Position numbers and translations under genes: made by a program
Notes under the pieces: model-generated
Database searches by the model: none
What the model was told of the DNA's origin: nothing
What the model saw: the letters and a program-made list of their open reading frames with translations, nothing else
From: Geobacter sp. AOG2
GTDB lineage: Bacteria; Desulfobacterota; Desulfuromonadia; Geobacterales; Pseudopelobacteraceae
Assembly (NCBI RefSeq): GCF_019972295.1
Contig: NZ_BLJA01000001.1
Span: 2,142,158-2,174,157, forward strand
Direction: 5' to 3'
DNA: 32,000 nucleotides
Shown: one piece after another, positions 9,035 to 16,370 of the stretch
Numbering within the stretch: the stretch's first letter is position 1
How the letters are laid out: each line of letters opens with the position of its first letter

Positions 9035-11560
9035 TTATACTCTTTCACCAATTCTACTTAGAAGATCGTTTCTCATCTCCATATAAATCGCACCTATTTT
9101 TGTTATAGACATTAGCATCTTCTTCGCTGTGTCGAAATGTTTAGAATCGGACGTTGCCGTAGCAATTCCATACAGCACAAGCACAAAATCCAATTTTTCT
9201 CCGTCATCTAACTTTTCTATGTCTATCGATGTTAAATATTCATTAGCCTCTTCAAAGTTTTTCAACGCTAAGCTTGCTTTTGCAATAAATATATTACCAA
9301 CTGGGGAAGGTTCGATGGCTATGCTATCAATAAAATATCTCCTTGCCTCAGTAAACTTACCAATGTGGAAATTCAGCTCTCCCAAGATAAAATATGCTCT
9401 AGCTAAATCAGACGGGGACAAGGCTGAACTTTCTTGCAATTGGGTTAGAATCATTAGTGATTCATTCAGGTGATTTTCTTCATCAGTTAAAGTACCTAAA
9501 TAGTATAAGCAATCAGCAAAAAGAACTTTTTCTGAACTTGAAGAACTTGCGAGGTGGCCCTGTTTAAATGATGCAATGGTATTATGAAGAAGATTGATGG
9601 CAGAATTAACGTCTTTGTTCACATAAAGTAGCATCGCCTTCATGGTTTGATAGTGCAGAACTGTTCCGGCCTCTGGGTTCGCATCAAGAATGCGGTCAAT
9701 AATTGAAATCTTTTCTTCCGAAGTTAATTGTTCCCCAACAAGTTGCAGATAAAGATTTAATACCTTTATATCTGTAGTTGTTTCTAGGTCTGAAATTTTT
9801 TTTAATTCTTTATAAGCCAGTTTTATATTTCCAGCTTTCTCCAATTGATACAATGCCTTCAAGTAGGCTATTTCATCATACCATCGCTGGTCTTCGACTG
9901 CTTTTGAATGGAATTTCAGAACTCCGTAATAGTCTTTTCCATTTCCAGCCATATCATAACATTTCTTTAAAAATTGAATTATACCTGTTAGCGCATCAAC
10001 ATCCATAGTTATAAACTTGTCAGCAATATCTGCGCCTGTCTTTATTAAAGGTACGGTATGAGCTCTGTGACAAAGTAAGTACCACGTGAGATGTAAACGA
10101 CCGGCTCTAAGTGCGTCTTTATAGTTCTCGCATGCATATGCTTTTCTAGCCTCACTCATAGCCACACTACTGTACAGCCCCCTGCAGCAGTTTTTAAATT
10201 TTTGACCAGAACCACACAAACATGAATCTTTAGGCCCTGGCTCAAATGTATGCAAATAATGCTGTGTTAAAACTTTGTCTGAGTACGGATAATAAGGATC
10301 AACTTCTTGGTCTAGGACTTCTGGTGAATTGCGTTTAATTCCCCAGATTTTTTGTACTGGAACAAAGAAATTAGGCACAAGCTTATCTTCTTGTGGTGGT
10401 CCTAAAACACACTTACCGTTTATTTTGCGGAAAGGAATGGCGACATTCCGACATTCCCCCAACGATGATAGCCCAGAGATTGCAAGGATCTCTTGCTTAT
10501 CAGAGATCTTATCAGGCGTGCCGAATTCGATCTTATCAGCAACACTATAATTCCAAGCTTCTCCGACAAAAAATACTTCTTTGATGCCATGCTGTTTTGC
10601 TTTTTTTGCAATATTCTGCCAGAATAAATATTTATCTTCTTGATTCCTAAAATTTGTTTGCACCATTTCCAAGCGACGGTGAGAGCTAACCATAAATACC
10701 ACCGTCATATGATACCCGTCTGCTTCTAATAGTTGTTTTGCTGTTTCTAAAAAGTAACTGAACCGGCCCTCGAAGGAGTCGGGCATTTCCTTATAGGTAC
10801 TACCATATCTTTCTTTTGCAGCTTCCAAAATTTCAGCTGGCATTTTTAATGGAAGAAACCTTAAATGAATTGGTTTTAAGTCTGGGATAGATAGCCATTC
10901 CGTTCGATAATCTTCAAAGCTCTGCATGCACGACGGAGTATATTCTTCAAGAAGCTGAAATATTATTCCTGGTTCTATTTTCGTCTTTTCTTTATCGAAT
11001 ATCGGATAAATTCTGTCTGGCCCCAATTTGTCGTCTATATCGTTCACTAAAATGATAAGCACTGTGAAGGCGTGGGCAAGGGCGCTTAGCAATTCAATGC
11101 TCTCTAGATTCTTATCAATCCATCGCCTTTCAACTTTTAAATACCCCTTTTCAGCACCAAACGATGAATCCATTTCAACAACCATTTTGCCTATCGTTTC
11201 GATTTTTTCTAATGGGTTGACTTCCAGTGTAAATGATGGTTCTTTTAGATAATTGTTATGTATAGATACGATTGCTACACTTTTGGTTTCTAAGTCAGAT
11301 TGTTTTACAATTTGATTTCGTGCATCTCTGCACCATATCATTATCGTATCTTTTGCCATAGCTTGTTGCCATAGAGCATACCAATCTTCGAAGTTATGGA
11401 TTTTTGACTTCTCAGACTGCAACGCAAAGGTAACATTGCGTAAAGCTTGGATGCAGGCATTTAAATAAATGACAAACTCATCTGAGTTTTTGTATGACTC
11501 AGCTGCCTTTACCCAATGCGAAAAAGCCTCACGAAGCCGTTTACTGGCAGTCAATTCCAT
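9035..11560 (-). CDS. Orphan 841-aa protein: unrecognised N-terminal ~440 aa, SEC-C zinc-binding motif, C-terminal TPR-like repeat region
   Basis: Uninterrupted 2.5-kb ORF in AT-rich DNA (hand counts: 20/60 G+C at 9061-9120, 25/60 at 10021-10080, against 38/60 at 6001-6060). ATG at 11560 with GAGGA 4 nt upstream. SEC-C motif CLCGSGQKFKNCC at aa 447-459 (nt ~10178-10228). Residues ~470-841 are helical repeats with TPR-like units, e.g. ARAYFILGELNFHIGKFTEARRYFIDSIAIEP. Confidence 0.85.
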   Translation of the reverse strand: MELTASKRLREAFSHWVKAAESYKNSDEFVIYLNACIQALRNVTFALQSEKSKIHNFEDWYALWQQAMAKDTIMIWCRDARNQIVKQSDLETKSVAIVSIHNNYLKEPSFTLEVNPLEKIETIGKMVVEMDSSFGAEKGYLKVERRWIDKNLESIELLSALAHAFTVLIILVNDIDDKLGPDRIYPIFDKEKTKIEPGIIFQLLEEYTPSCMQSFEDYRTEWLSIPDLKPIHLRFLPLKMPAEILEAAKERYGSTYKEMPDSFEGRFSYFLETAKQLLEADGYHMTVVFMVSSHRRLEMVQTNFRNQEDKYLFWQNIAKKAKQHGIKEVFFVGEAWNYSVADKIEFGTPDKISDKQEILAISGLSSLGECRNVAIPFRKINGKCVLGPPQEDKLVPNFFVPVQKIWGIKRNSPEVLDQEVDPYYPYSDKVLTQHYLHTFEPGPKDSCLCGSGQKFKNCCRGLYSSVAMSEARKAYACENYKDALRAGRLHLTWYLLCHRAHTVPLIKTGADIADKFITMDVDALTGIIQFLKKCYDMAGNGKDYYGVLKFHSKAVEDQRWYDEIAYLKALYQLEKAGNIKLAYKELKKISDLETTTDIKVLNLYLQLVGEQLTSEEKISIIDRILDANPEAGTVLHYQTMKAMLLYVNKDVNSAINLLHNTIASFKQGHLASSSSSEKVLFADCLYYLGTLTDEENHLNESLMILTQLQESSALSPSDLARAYFILGELNFHIGKFTEARRYFIDSIAIEPSPVGNIFIAKASLALKNFEEANEYLTSIDIEKLDDGEKLDFVLVLYGIATATSDSKHFDTAKKMLMSITKIGAIYMEMRNDLLSRIGERV

Positions 11561-11780
11561 TTGATCCTCATTTGCATTGCAAGGAGAACTCGGGGACCGA
11601 GAGGACCCACATAATTTCCTCTAAACTTATACTCTTAGATGCGTCTCCTTGGCTGCCCACCCTGTACCTCCAATTCCATTTGGCCAACGGGAATGGCTTT
11701 GACCCGCCAGCCTTTTTGGGCGTGTCGTAAGTCTTGTAAGTGCCTGCGCTGCTGTTGAGCACCTTTAGATGTGTCTTGTA

Positions 11781-12077
11781 TCAAGGCTTGCTTTTCGACT
11801 TCTTAGGCCACTTCTGAGCCCCATGCAGAAACCGCAGAATCTCTATCCGCTCGCCCATGATGCGGTAGATAGTAATAAAAGGGGTCTGACTGATAACCAA
11901 CTCGCGGGTTCCCTTCACTCTCCCAATCCGCCCCATTTCCGGCTGCAAAACAATAAGACTGGTTTGCCGCTCAATCTCCTCATCCTGCGAGATCGCCGCA
12001 AGCGGGTTGTCCTGGGCGATGTAGTCCAGTTGCTCGAAACGTTCCTCTGCGGCAATGGGCAACCATACTAGGATCAC
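11781..12077 (-). CDS. parE: Type II toxin, ParE/RelE superfamily
   Basis: 98 aa with a ParE-like pattern: W...A..DL..I..YIA.DNP.AA...IE......L...P..GR.GRV.GTRELV....PFI..YRI....IEILRFLHGAQ. GTG start overlaps the antitoxin stop (GTGA at 12074-12077). Confidence 0.8.
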   Translation of the reverse strand: MILVWLPIAAEERFEQLDYIAQDNPLAAISQDEEIERQTSLIVLQPEMGRIGRVKGTRELVISQTPFITIYRIMGERIEILRFLHGAQKWPKKSKSKP

Positions 12078-12538
12078 GCGGCACGCCCTTTAGCCTGCTT
12101 TGCCCACGCCTCCCGGCGCTTCGCGCTCATTGCCTTGACCTCGGCATCAGAAAGCCATGCCGCGCTCGGGTTGTCTGCCTGCCGGATACCCTCTGCAACC
12201 TGCTCCCGGAACCACTTGTCATGCTCGGCGGCGTCGAAGGTCCGCTTCATCCGGGCTGCCGCGTCAGGGCGTACCCGCTTCTCGGCAGGGTCATAGTTAC
12301 TGGCATTGACGTTGAACTGCGATATACCAATGCTCTTGAGGTAGTTCACAAGGGTTTCAAACCGGCTGAAAACCCTGACGGCACCACGCCGGGCTGCCAA
12401 AGTCCGTTCCATCATGCCATATTTGATGACGATTCCCCACCCCCCCGGTTGGCCGATGACTTCCGCGCCGCGCACGGCCCCGGCCTCGACCAGGTGTTGC
12501 AGGGTCACATGATCTATTGTGTCCATCGTTGTTGCCAT
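12074..12538 (-). CDS. ParD/stability-determinant-type antitoxin with an extra N-terminal domain
   Basis: The C-terminal ~55 aa (AEHDKWFREQVAEGIRQADNPSAAWLSDAEVKAMSAKRREAW) resemble the short stability-determinant antitoxins paired with ParE toxins. The N-terminal ~95 aa are an additional domain I cannot name. I chose the ATG at 12538 (MATTMDT), 7 nt after GGAGGTG, over the track's GTG at 12547. Confidence 0.7.
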   Translation of the reverse strand: MATTMDTIDHVTLQHLVEAGAVRGAEVIGQPGGWGIVIKYGMMERTLAARRGAVRVFSRFETLVNYLKSIGISQFNVNASNYDPAEKRVRPDAAARMKRTFDAAEHDKWFREQVAEGIRQADNPSAAWLSDAEVKAMSAKRREAWAKQAKGRAA

Positions 12539-12563
12539 ACAACCCACCTCCGGTTACTTACTT

Positions 12564-12602
12564 TGTAATTACATTTATAACCAAATAATAAATAATTGGC
12601 AA
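12564..12602 (-). promoter_or_regulatory. Putative parDE promoter with a palindromic operator
   Basis: The minus strand reads TTGCCA (12602..12597), a 17-nt spacer, TATAAA (12579..12574), then directly the perfect 10-bp palindrome TGTAATTACA (12564-12573), about 12 nt before the GGAGGTG RBS. Confidence 0.55.
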
Positions 12603-12741
12603 CGGGCAAATGAATACCCCGCCCGGCAACTTGACATAGCATCCCCACTGGGCGCGATTAAGAGGCATTTACAGTTTCACCAAATAAATCTGGCTATTAC
12701 AATTGGCGTAATGCCATGTTTCGGATAGGTTGATTTCATAT

Positions 12742-12986
12742 ATTAAAGGGTTTCCACGATAAAGACAGCGAAGTGCTCTTTGATGATCGGTTTGTAAAAC
12801 GTTTTAGGCTTTTGAGAGACATACGCATCAATGGCAAATGGCGTATCTGCTTCAAATGGCTTGGGAACGTACTTCGGGGTGTCACCGGAGGTGTGGTTGA
12901 ATCTCCAGGCCGATTATGATCTGCGGGTTGCCCGGCGAAATATTCGCCTTGCACATTGTGCATCTGGAGCTTGCCGTATAAATTAA
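12742..12986 (+). pseudogene. Fossil higB-higA module (frameshift plus internal deletions)
   Basis: IKGF (12742-12753) shifts by +1 nt into HDKDSEVLFDDRFVKRFR...IRINGKWRICFKW, from 12755. These are the N- and C-terminal HigB (plasmid-maintenance killer) motifs, with about 40 central residues missing. From 12864, in a third frame, TYFGVSPEVWLNLQADYDLRVA is the C-terminal HigA signature, ending at TAA 12984-12986. No intact start codon. Confidence 0.6.
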
Positions 12987-13066
12987 GCAAAATCGAATAG
13001 ATACGTGACAAACCGTAAAGTCCTTTCGAGAACCGGGTCAAAAGAGGGACCTTTTTGCCCCCCGAT

Positions 13067-13078
13067 CAGCCGCCTGCT
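13067..13078. repeat. Right copy of the island-flanking direct repeat CAGCCGCCTGCT
   Basis: Exact match to 7652-7663. It lies ~35 nt upstream of the arsR-family promoter. Confidence 0.6.
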
Positions 13079-13111
13079 CCGAATATTATTAATTCTCCGC
13101 GCTTATTCTCC

Positions 13112-13140
13112 TTGACAGCTCAGAAATCAATATATATATT
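13112..13140 (+). promoter_or_regulatory. Sigma-70-type promoter of the ArsR-family gene
   Basis: TTGACA (13112-13117), a 17-nt spacer, TATATT (13135-13140), then a ~29-nt leader with GAGGA before the ATG at 13170. AT-rich inverted repeats (AGAAAT...ATTTCT) around the -10 could be the autoregulatory site. Confidence 0.6.
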
Positions 13141-13169
13141 TTTTCATTATTTCTTATACGAGGACAACC

Positions 13170-13442
13170 ATGGAATTCAATGTAAATATGCAATTTGCGA
13201 CAGAAGCAGAGGTTTTGAAGGTACTGGGACACCCGATCAGGCTCAAGATCGTGGCCGGCCTCTGCACCCAGGAATGCAACGTGAAGCATATCTGGGAGTG
13301 CCTCAACCTGCCGCAAGCCACGGTATCCCAGCACCTTGCCCTGTTGAAACACAAGGGCATCATCGAAGGCAAACGGGATGGCGTCGAGGTGCACTACAGC
13401 GTCATCCACCCCCTGGCCAAGAAGATCATAGCCGTCCTGTGA
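13170..13442 (+). CDS. ArsR/SmtB-family HTH transcriptional regulator
   Basis: 90 aa: VLKVLGHPIRLKIVAGLCTQECNVKHIWECLNLPQATVSQHLALLKHKGII is the ArsR winged-HTH core. CTQEC sits at the alpha-3 position, where metal-sensing family members carry cysteines. Confidence 0.85.
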   Translation: MEFNVNMQFATEAEVLKVLGHPIRLKIVAGLCTQECNVKHIWECLNLPQATVSQHLALLKHKGIIEGKRDGVEVHYSVIHPLAKKIIAVL

Positions 13443-13452
13443 AATTCGGGCG

Positions 13453-14265
13453 TCAAGCCGGCTTTATCATAAGATATATCACCTCGTAGGTCGCAGGGAT
13501 CATCCCATCCGCAAAGAAGCGCCGTTGGTAAACCTCCGACATATCCTCGATAATTCTCCGCCAGCCGAGTCCGCCCGCGCCGCCCCGCGCCGCCGCGCCG
13601 GCGCCGATGCCCTTGATGGACCTGAGCAGCCCCTGCACGTCGGGGTGATGGTCCATCTCGATCTCGCTGGTCACCTGCACCTGCCCGAGATCGAGGCGGG
13701 CCAACGCCTCCCGCACCGCCGCAACCCCCATGAACCGATGCAGCCGCCCGAGACGGGGGTCGTCCGGCGCTGCCCGCCGGGCAAGCGCTTCGCGGTAACT
13801 CTCCTGCAACTCCCACAGCGTCGCGCCGCCGAAGAAGGCCAGGGCGATAAACCCGTCCTTTGTAACGATGCGCCGGCATTCCCGGAGACAGCCATCCAGC
13901 GAACCGAGCCATTGCAGCGTGGATGCGGAGACCACAAGGTCGAAGGAACCATCCCGGAACGGGAGGTGTTCCGCATCCCCGTTGACGAACAGGCAATCCC
14001 CCTCCTCCTTGACGCTGGCCTGCCGAACCATGTTGAGCGCCAGATCGAGCCCGCAGCGGTGCACCTTCGGGTAGCGCTCCTTCAGGGCGGCCGTCAGCGC
14101 CCCGGTGCCGCAGCCGATGTCCAGCGCAATCCGGGGCGTCTCCGTCACGCGCCCCGCCAACAGTTCCATGAGACGCCGCACCACGCGCTGCTGCACCGAG
14201 GCAAGCCGGTCGTATGCGTCGGCATGGCGGTGAAACGATCTGCCTACCTTGCGCCTGTCAAACAT
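13453..14265 (-). CDS. bioC: Malonyl-ACP O-methyltransferase BioC
   Basis: 270 aa. N-terminal KVGRSFHRHADAYDRLASVQQRV, the SAM motif LDIGCGTG, and DLVVSASTLQW. Last gene of a bioF-bioH-bioC run; overlaps bioH by 8 nt. Confidence 0.85.
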   Translation of the reverse strand: MFDRRKVGRSFHRHADAYDRLASVQQRVVRRLMELLAGRVTETPRIALDIGCGTGALTAALKERYPKVHRCGLDLALNMVRQASVKEEGDCLFVNGDAEHLPFRDGSFDLVVSASTLQWLGSLDGCLRECRRIVTKDGFIALAFFGGATLWELQESYREALARRAAPDDPRLGRLHRFMGVAAVREALARLDLGQVQVTSEIEMDHHPDVQGLLRSIKGIGAGAAARGGAGGLGWRRIIEDMSEVYQRRFFADGMIPATYEVIYLMIKPA

Positions 14266-15085
14266 ATGCGCCGCGCACCTCCCGGCTGAAATCCGCCAGA
14301 CCGGCGTTGAACCCGTCGCAACGGGTCAGGAAAGGGGCATGGCCGCACCCGGCATAGGTCACATGGCGGCCGGCGGGAATCCGTTTTGCCATGAAGGCCG
14401 AAGCCGCAGACGGGCAGATCGGGTCGTGTTCGCCGCTGATCACCAGGGTCGGCCGGTCGATGGCCGCAAGCTGTTTCCGCAGGTCGGCCTCCGCGAGCGA
14501 GGCCAGGGATTGCAGCGCCACGGCCGTTTCCGGGACCGGCACCGCATCCAGTAGGGCACGGATCTCCTCCTCCCGGCCGCTCGCGGCCAACTCTCCCGGA
14601 ACGAACATGCGGGCAACAAACCCCTCAAGGGCCCGTTTCAGGTTACGGCGCACCTTGAGGGCCATGCCCTGGGCCTCGGCCGGGGCCAACCCGTGGGGAA
14701 AATCCGCGGCGGAGGTAAACAGCGGCGTTCCGCAGATCAGCACCAGGCCGCTCAAACGCTCCTGCAAGAGGGGTACGGCGCGTACCGCCACCTGGGCCCC
14801 CTGGGACCACCCCGCCAGGATGGCGCCGTTCAGGTCGAGATAACGGAACAGGTCGATAATATCGGAGCAAAACGTCTCCAGGCGGCACTCGCCGGAACCC
14901 ACGGGAGAGTCGCCGTGGCCGCGCAGGTCCGGGGCGATCACGCGGAACCGGGCGGAGAGCCGGTCAAGCTGGAGGCTCCAGACGGCGGAGGACATGCACC
15001 AGCCGTGGATCAGCACCAGCGCCGGTCCCTGCCCCTGTTCCCGGTACCGGAGCCGCTCCCCCCGGCTATCTTCATACCACGGCAT
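14258..15085 (-). CDS. bioH: Alpha/beta hydrolase, probable pimeloyl-ACP methyl ester esterase BioH
   Basis: 275 aa. LVLIHGWCMSSAVWSLQL...LRGHGDS, the nucleophile elbow GWSQGA, and a C-terminal GCGHAPF (His of the triad). Sits between bioF and bioC. Confidence 0.7.
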   Translation of the reverse strand: MPWYEDSRGERLRYREQGQGPALVLIHGWCMSSAVWSLQLDRLSARFRVIAPDLRGHGDSPVGSGECRLETFCSDIIDLFRYLDLNGAILAGWSQGAQVAVRAVPLLQERLSGLVLICGTPLFTSAADFPHGLAPAEAQGMALKVRRNLKRALEGFVARMFVPGELAASGREEEIRALLDAVPVPETAVALQSLASLAEADLRKQLAAIDRPTLVISGEHDPICPSAASAFMAKRIPAGRHVTYAGCGHAPFLTRCDGFNAGLADFSREVRGAYV

Positions 15086-16261
15086 CTAGATGACCCCCAA
15101 TCTGCGGCCGACCGCTATGACCCGCTCGGCCGCCCGGTCCAGGTCTGCGTCGCCGTGGGTCGCCATGAGGGTAAAACGGAGCCGGCAGGCACCGGCAGGC
15201 ACGGTGGGGGGACGAATCCCCTGGACGTACAACCCTTCTTCCAACAGCATCCCGGAAAACCGCATGGTGGTGTCGGCCTCCCCGGTCACGAGCGGCACGA
15301 TCTGGGTTTCGCCGTCGGGGAGCGTGAAACCGGCCGAGCGCATATGGTTTCTGAACAGAGCGCTCTTGCGGCGGAGTTGTTCCCGCAGGCTCTTCACTTC
15401 CGGCGATCGGACCAGTTCGACCGCCGCCAGGGACGCCGCCAGCACGGCCGGCGGCAGGGAGGTGGAAAAGATGAAGCTGCGGGCGCGGTTGAGCAACAAC
15501 TCCCGTAACTCCGCCGAAACCGCGGCATAGGCGCCGTAGCTCCCCAGAGCCTTGCCGAAGGTGCCCATGCCGATATCCACGCCGTCCGTGACGCCCAGCA
15601 TTTCGGCCGTGCCCCTCCCCTGTTCCCCCAGGACCCCGCTGCCGTGGGCGTCATCCACCATCAGGAGCGCCTTGTGGTCGGTCTTGAGCCGGACCAGTTC
15701 CCCGAGGGGGGCGATATCGCCGTCCATGCTGAAGACCCCGTCCGTGACGATCAGGGCGCGGCCCGTGCCCCGGTGTTTTTCCAGCAGCCGGGCCAGAGCG
15801 GTATGATCGTTGTGGGGATAACGCACCAGCCGCGCGCCGGACAGAAGAGCGCCGTCAACGATGCTGGCATGGTTGAGCCTGTCGGAAAAAATGACGTCGC
15901 CACGCCCGGCCAGCGCCGGGATGATGCCGGTATTGGCGGCGTAACCGCTGTTGAAGAGCAGCGCCGCCTCCGTCTGTTTGAAGCGGGCCACCGCCGCCTC
16001 CAGGCGCTCATGCAACTCCATGGTGCCGGACACGAGCCGCGAGGCCCCGCTCGAAACGCCGAACCGGGTTGCGGCGTCGGCCGCCGCCGCGATCAGGGCC
16101 GGATGATCGGCAAGCCCCAGATAGTTGTTGGAACAGAGCAACAGCACCTTTTTGCCGGCCATCTCCACCCACGCCGACTGGCGCCCCTGGATAAGGCGCG
16201 TCCTGCGATACAGTCCCCGCTCCTTGATCTGCTCCAACTCCTGTTGAATGGAAATCTCCAC
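15086..16261 (-). CDS. bioF: 8-amino-7-oxononanoate synthase
   Basis: 391 aa, class-II aminotransferase fold. GLYRRTR near the N-terminus, [17 protein letters not shown], and the PLP-lysine context [11 protein letters not shown] start at 16261, 4 nt after GGAGG. Confidence 0.9.
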   Translation of the reverse strand: MEISIQQELEQIKERGLYRRTRLIQGRQSAWVEMAGKKVLLLCSNNYLGLADHPALIAAAADAATRFGVSSGASRLVSGTMELHERLEAAVARFKQTEAALLFNSGYAANTGIIPALAGRGDVIFSDRLNHASIVDGALLSGARLVRYPHNDHTALARLLEKHRGTGRALIVTDGVFSMDGDIAPLGELVRLKTDHKALLMVDDAHGSGVLGEQGRGTAEMLGVTDGVDIGMGTFGKALGSYGAYAAVSAELRELLLNRARSFIFSTSLPPAVLAASLAAVELVRSPEVKSLREQLRRKSALFRNHMRSAGFTLPDGETQIVPLVTGEADTTMRFSGMLLEEGLYVQGIRPPTVPAGACRLRFTLMATHGDADLDRAAERVIAVGRRLGVI

Positions 16262-16273
16262 AATGCCTCCGAA

Positions 16274-16305
16274 TAGTCAACCCGCATCAATACCGAGGTT
16301 GACAA
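16274..16305. promoter_or_regulatory. Putative BirA operator (bioO-like inverted repeat) upstream of bioF
   Basis: The minus strand reads TTGTCAACC-N14-GGTTGACTA (8/9 symmetric), ending 12 nt before the bioF start. It resembles the E. coli-type bioO half-sites TTGTAAACC...GGTTTACAA. Confidence 0.5.
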
Positions 16306-16370
16306 GTATGGCAAAAAAAATGCTGGTGTTCGCATGCCCGGTTTTTCACACACATGAGCCGTACAGGACC

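Larger units (their letters stand above)
7652..13078. mobile_element. Integrase-less accessory island (toxin-antitoxin loci plus a low-GC orphan gene) bounded by 12-bp direct repeats
   Basis: CAGCCGCCTGCT occurs at 7652-7663 and 13067-13078 (14/15 identical over 7649-7663 vs 13064-13078). Everything between is accessory: TA modules, pseudogenes, and one gene at roughly one-third G+C. Both flanks are core genes (the opp-like ATPase, arsR and the bio operon). Confidence 0.5.

Noticed and set aside
11303-11320. HEPN-like R-N-x3-[H] pattern (RNQIVK, aa 81-86) in the N-terminal region of the 841-aa protein.
   Set aside because: The motif histidine is a lysine here, and a single short pattern in a helical region is not evidence of a HEPN RNase. 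Structure prediction is needed before any claim.
9035-11560. STAND/AVAST-type NTPase interpretation of the 841-aa TPR protein.
   Set aside because: I checked every GK dipeptide (IGKM, NGKC, GNGKD, IGKF). None fits Walker A, G/AxxxxGK[ST], and I see no Walker B-like hhhhD[DE] context. The protein should not be described as an Avs/NLR-like ATPase.
11568-11762. 64-aa minus-strand ORF (GTG start) ending 8 nt before the 841-aa gene, considered as a possible small partner or leader gene.
   Set aside because: No RBS, no recognisable motif, and the composition looks like non-coding spacer. I keep it only as a region to check for promoter or leader function.
12736-13041. 101-aa minus-strand ORF from the track.
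   Set aside because: It is antisense to the frame-hopping HigB/HigA remnants, which explain this stretch much better. The translation has no family resemblance.
16306-16345. Run of eight T (minus strand) after the kinase gene, considered as a possible intrinsic terminator.
   Set aside because: The preceding stem is at most 4 bp (around the GCATGC palindrome), too weak to call.
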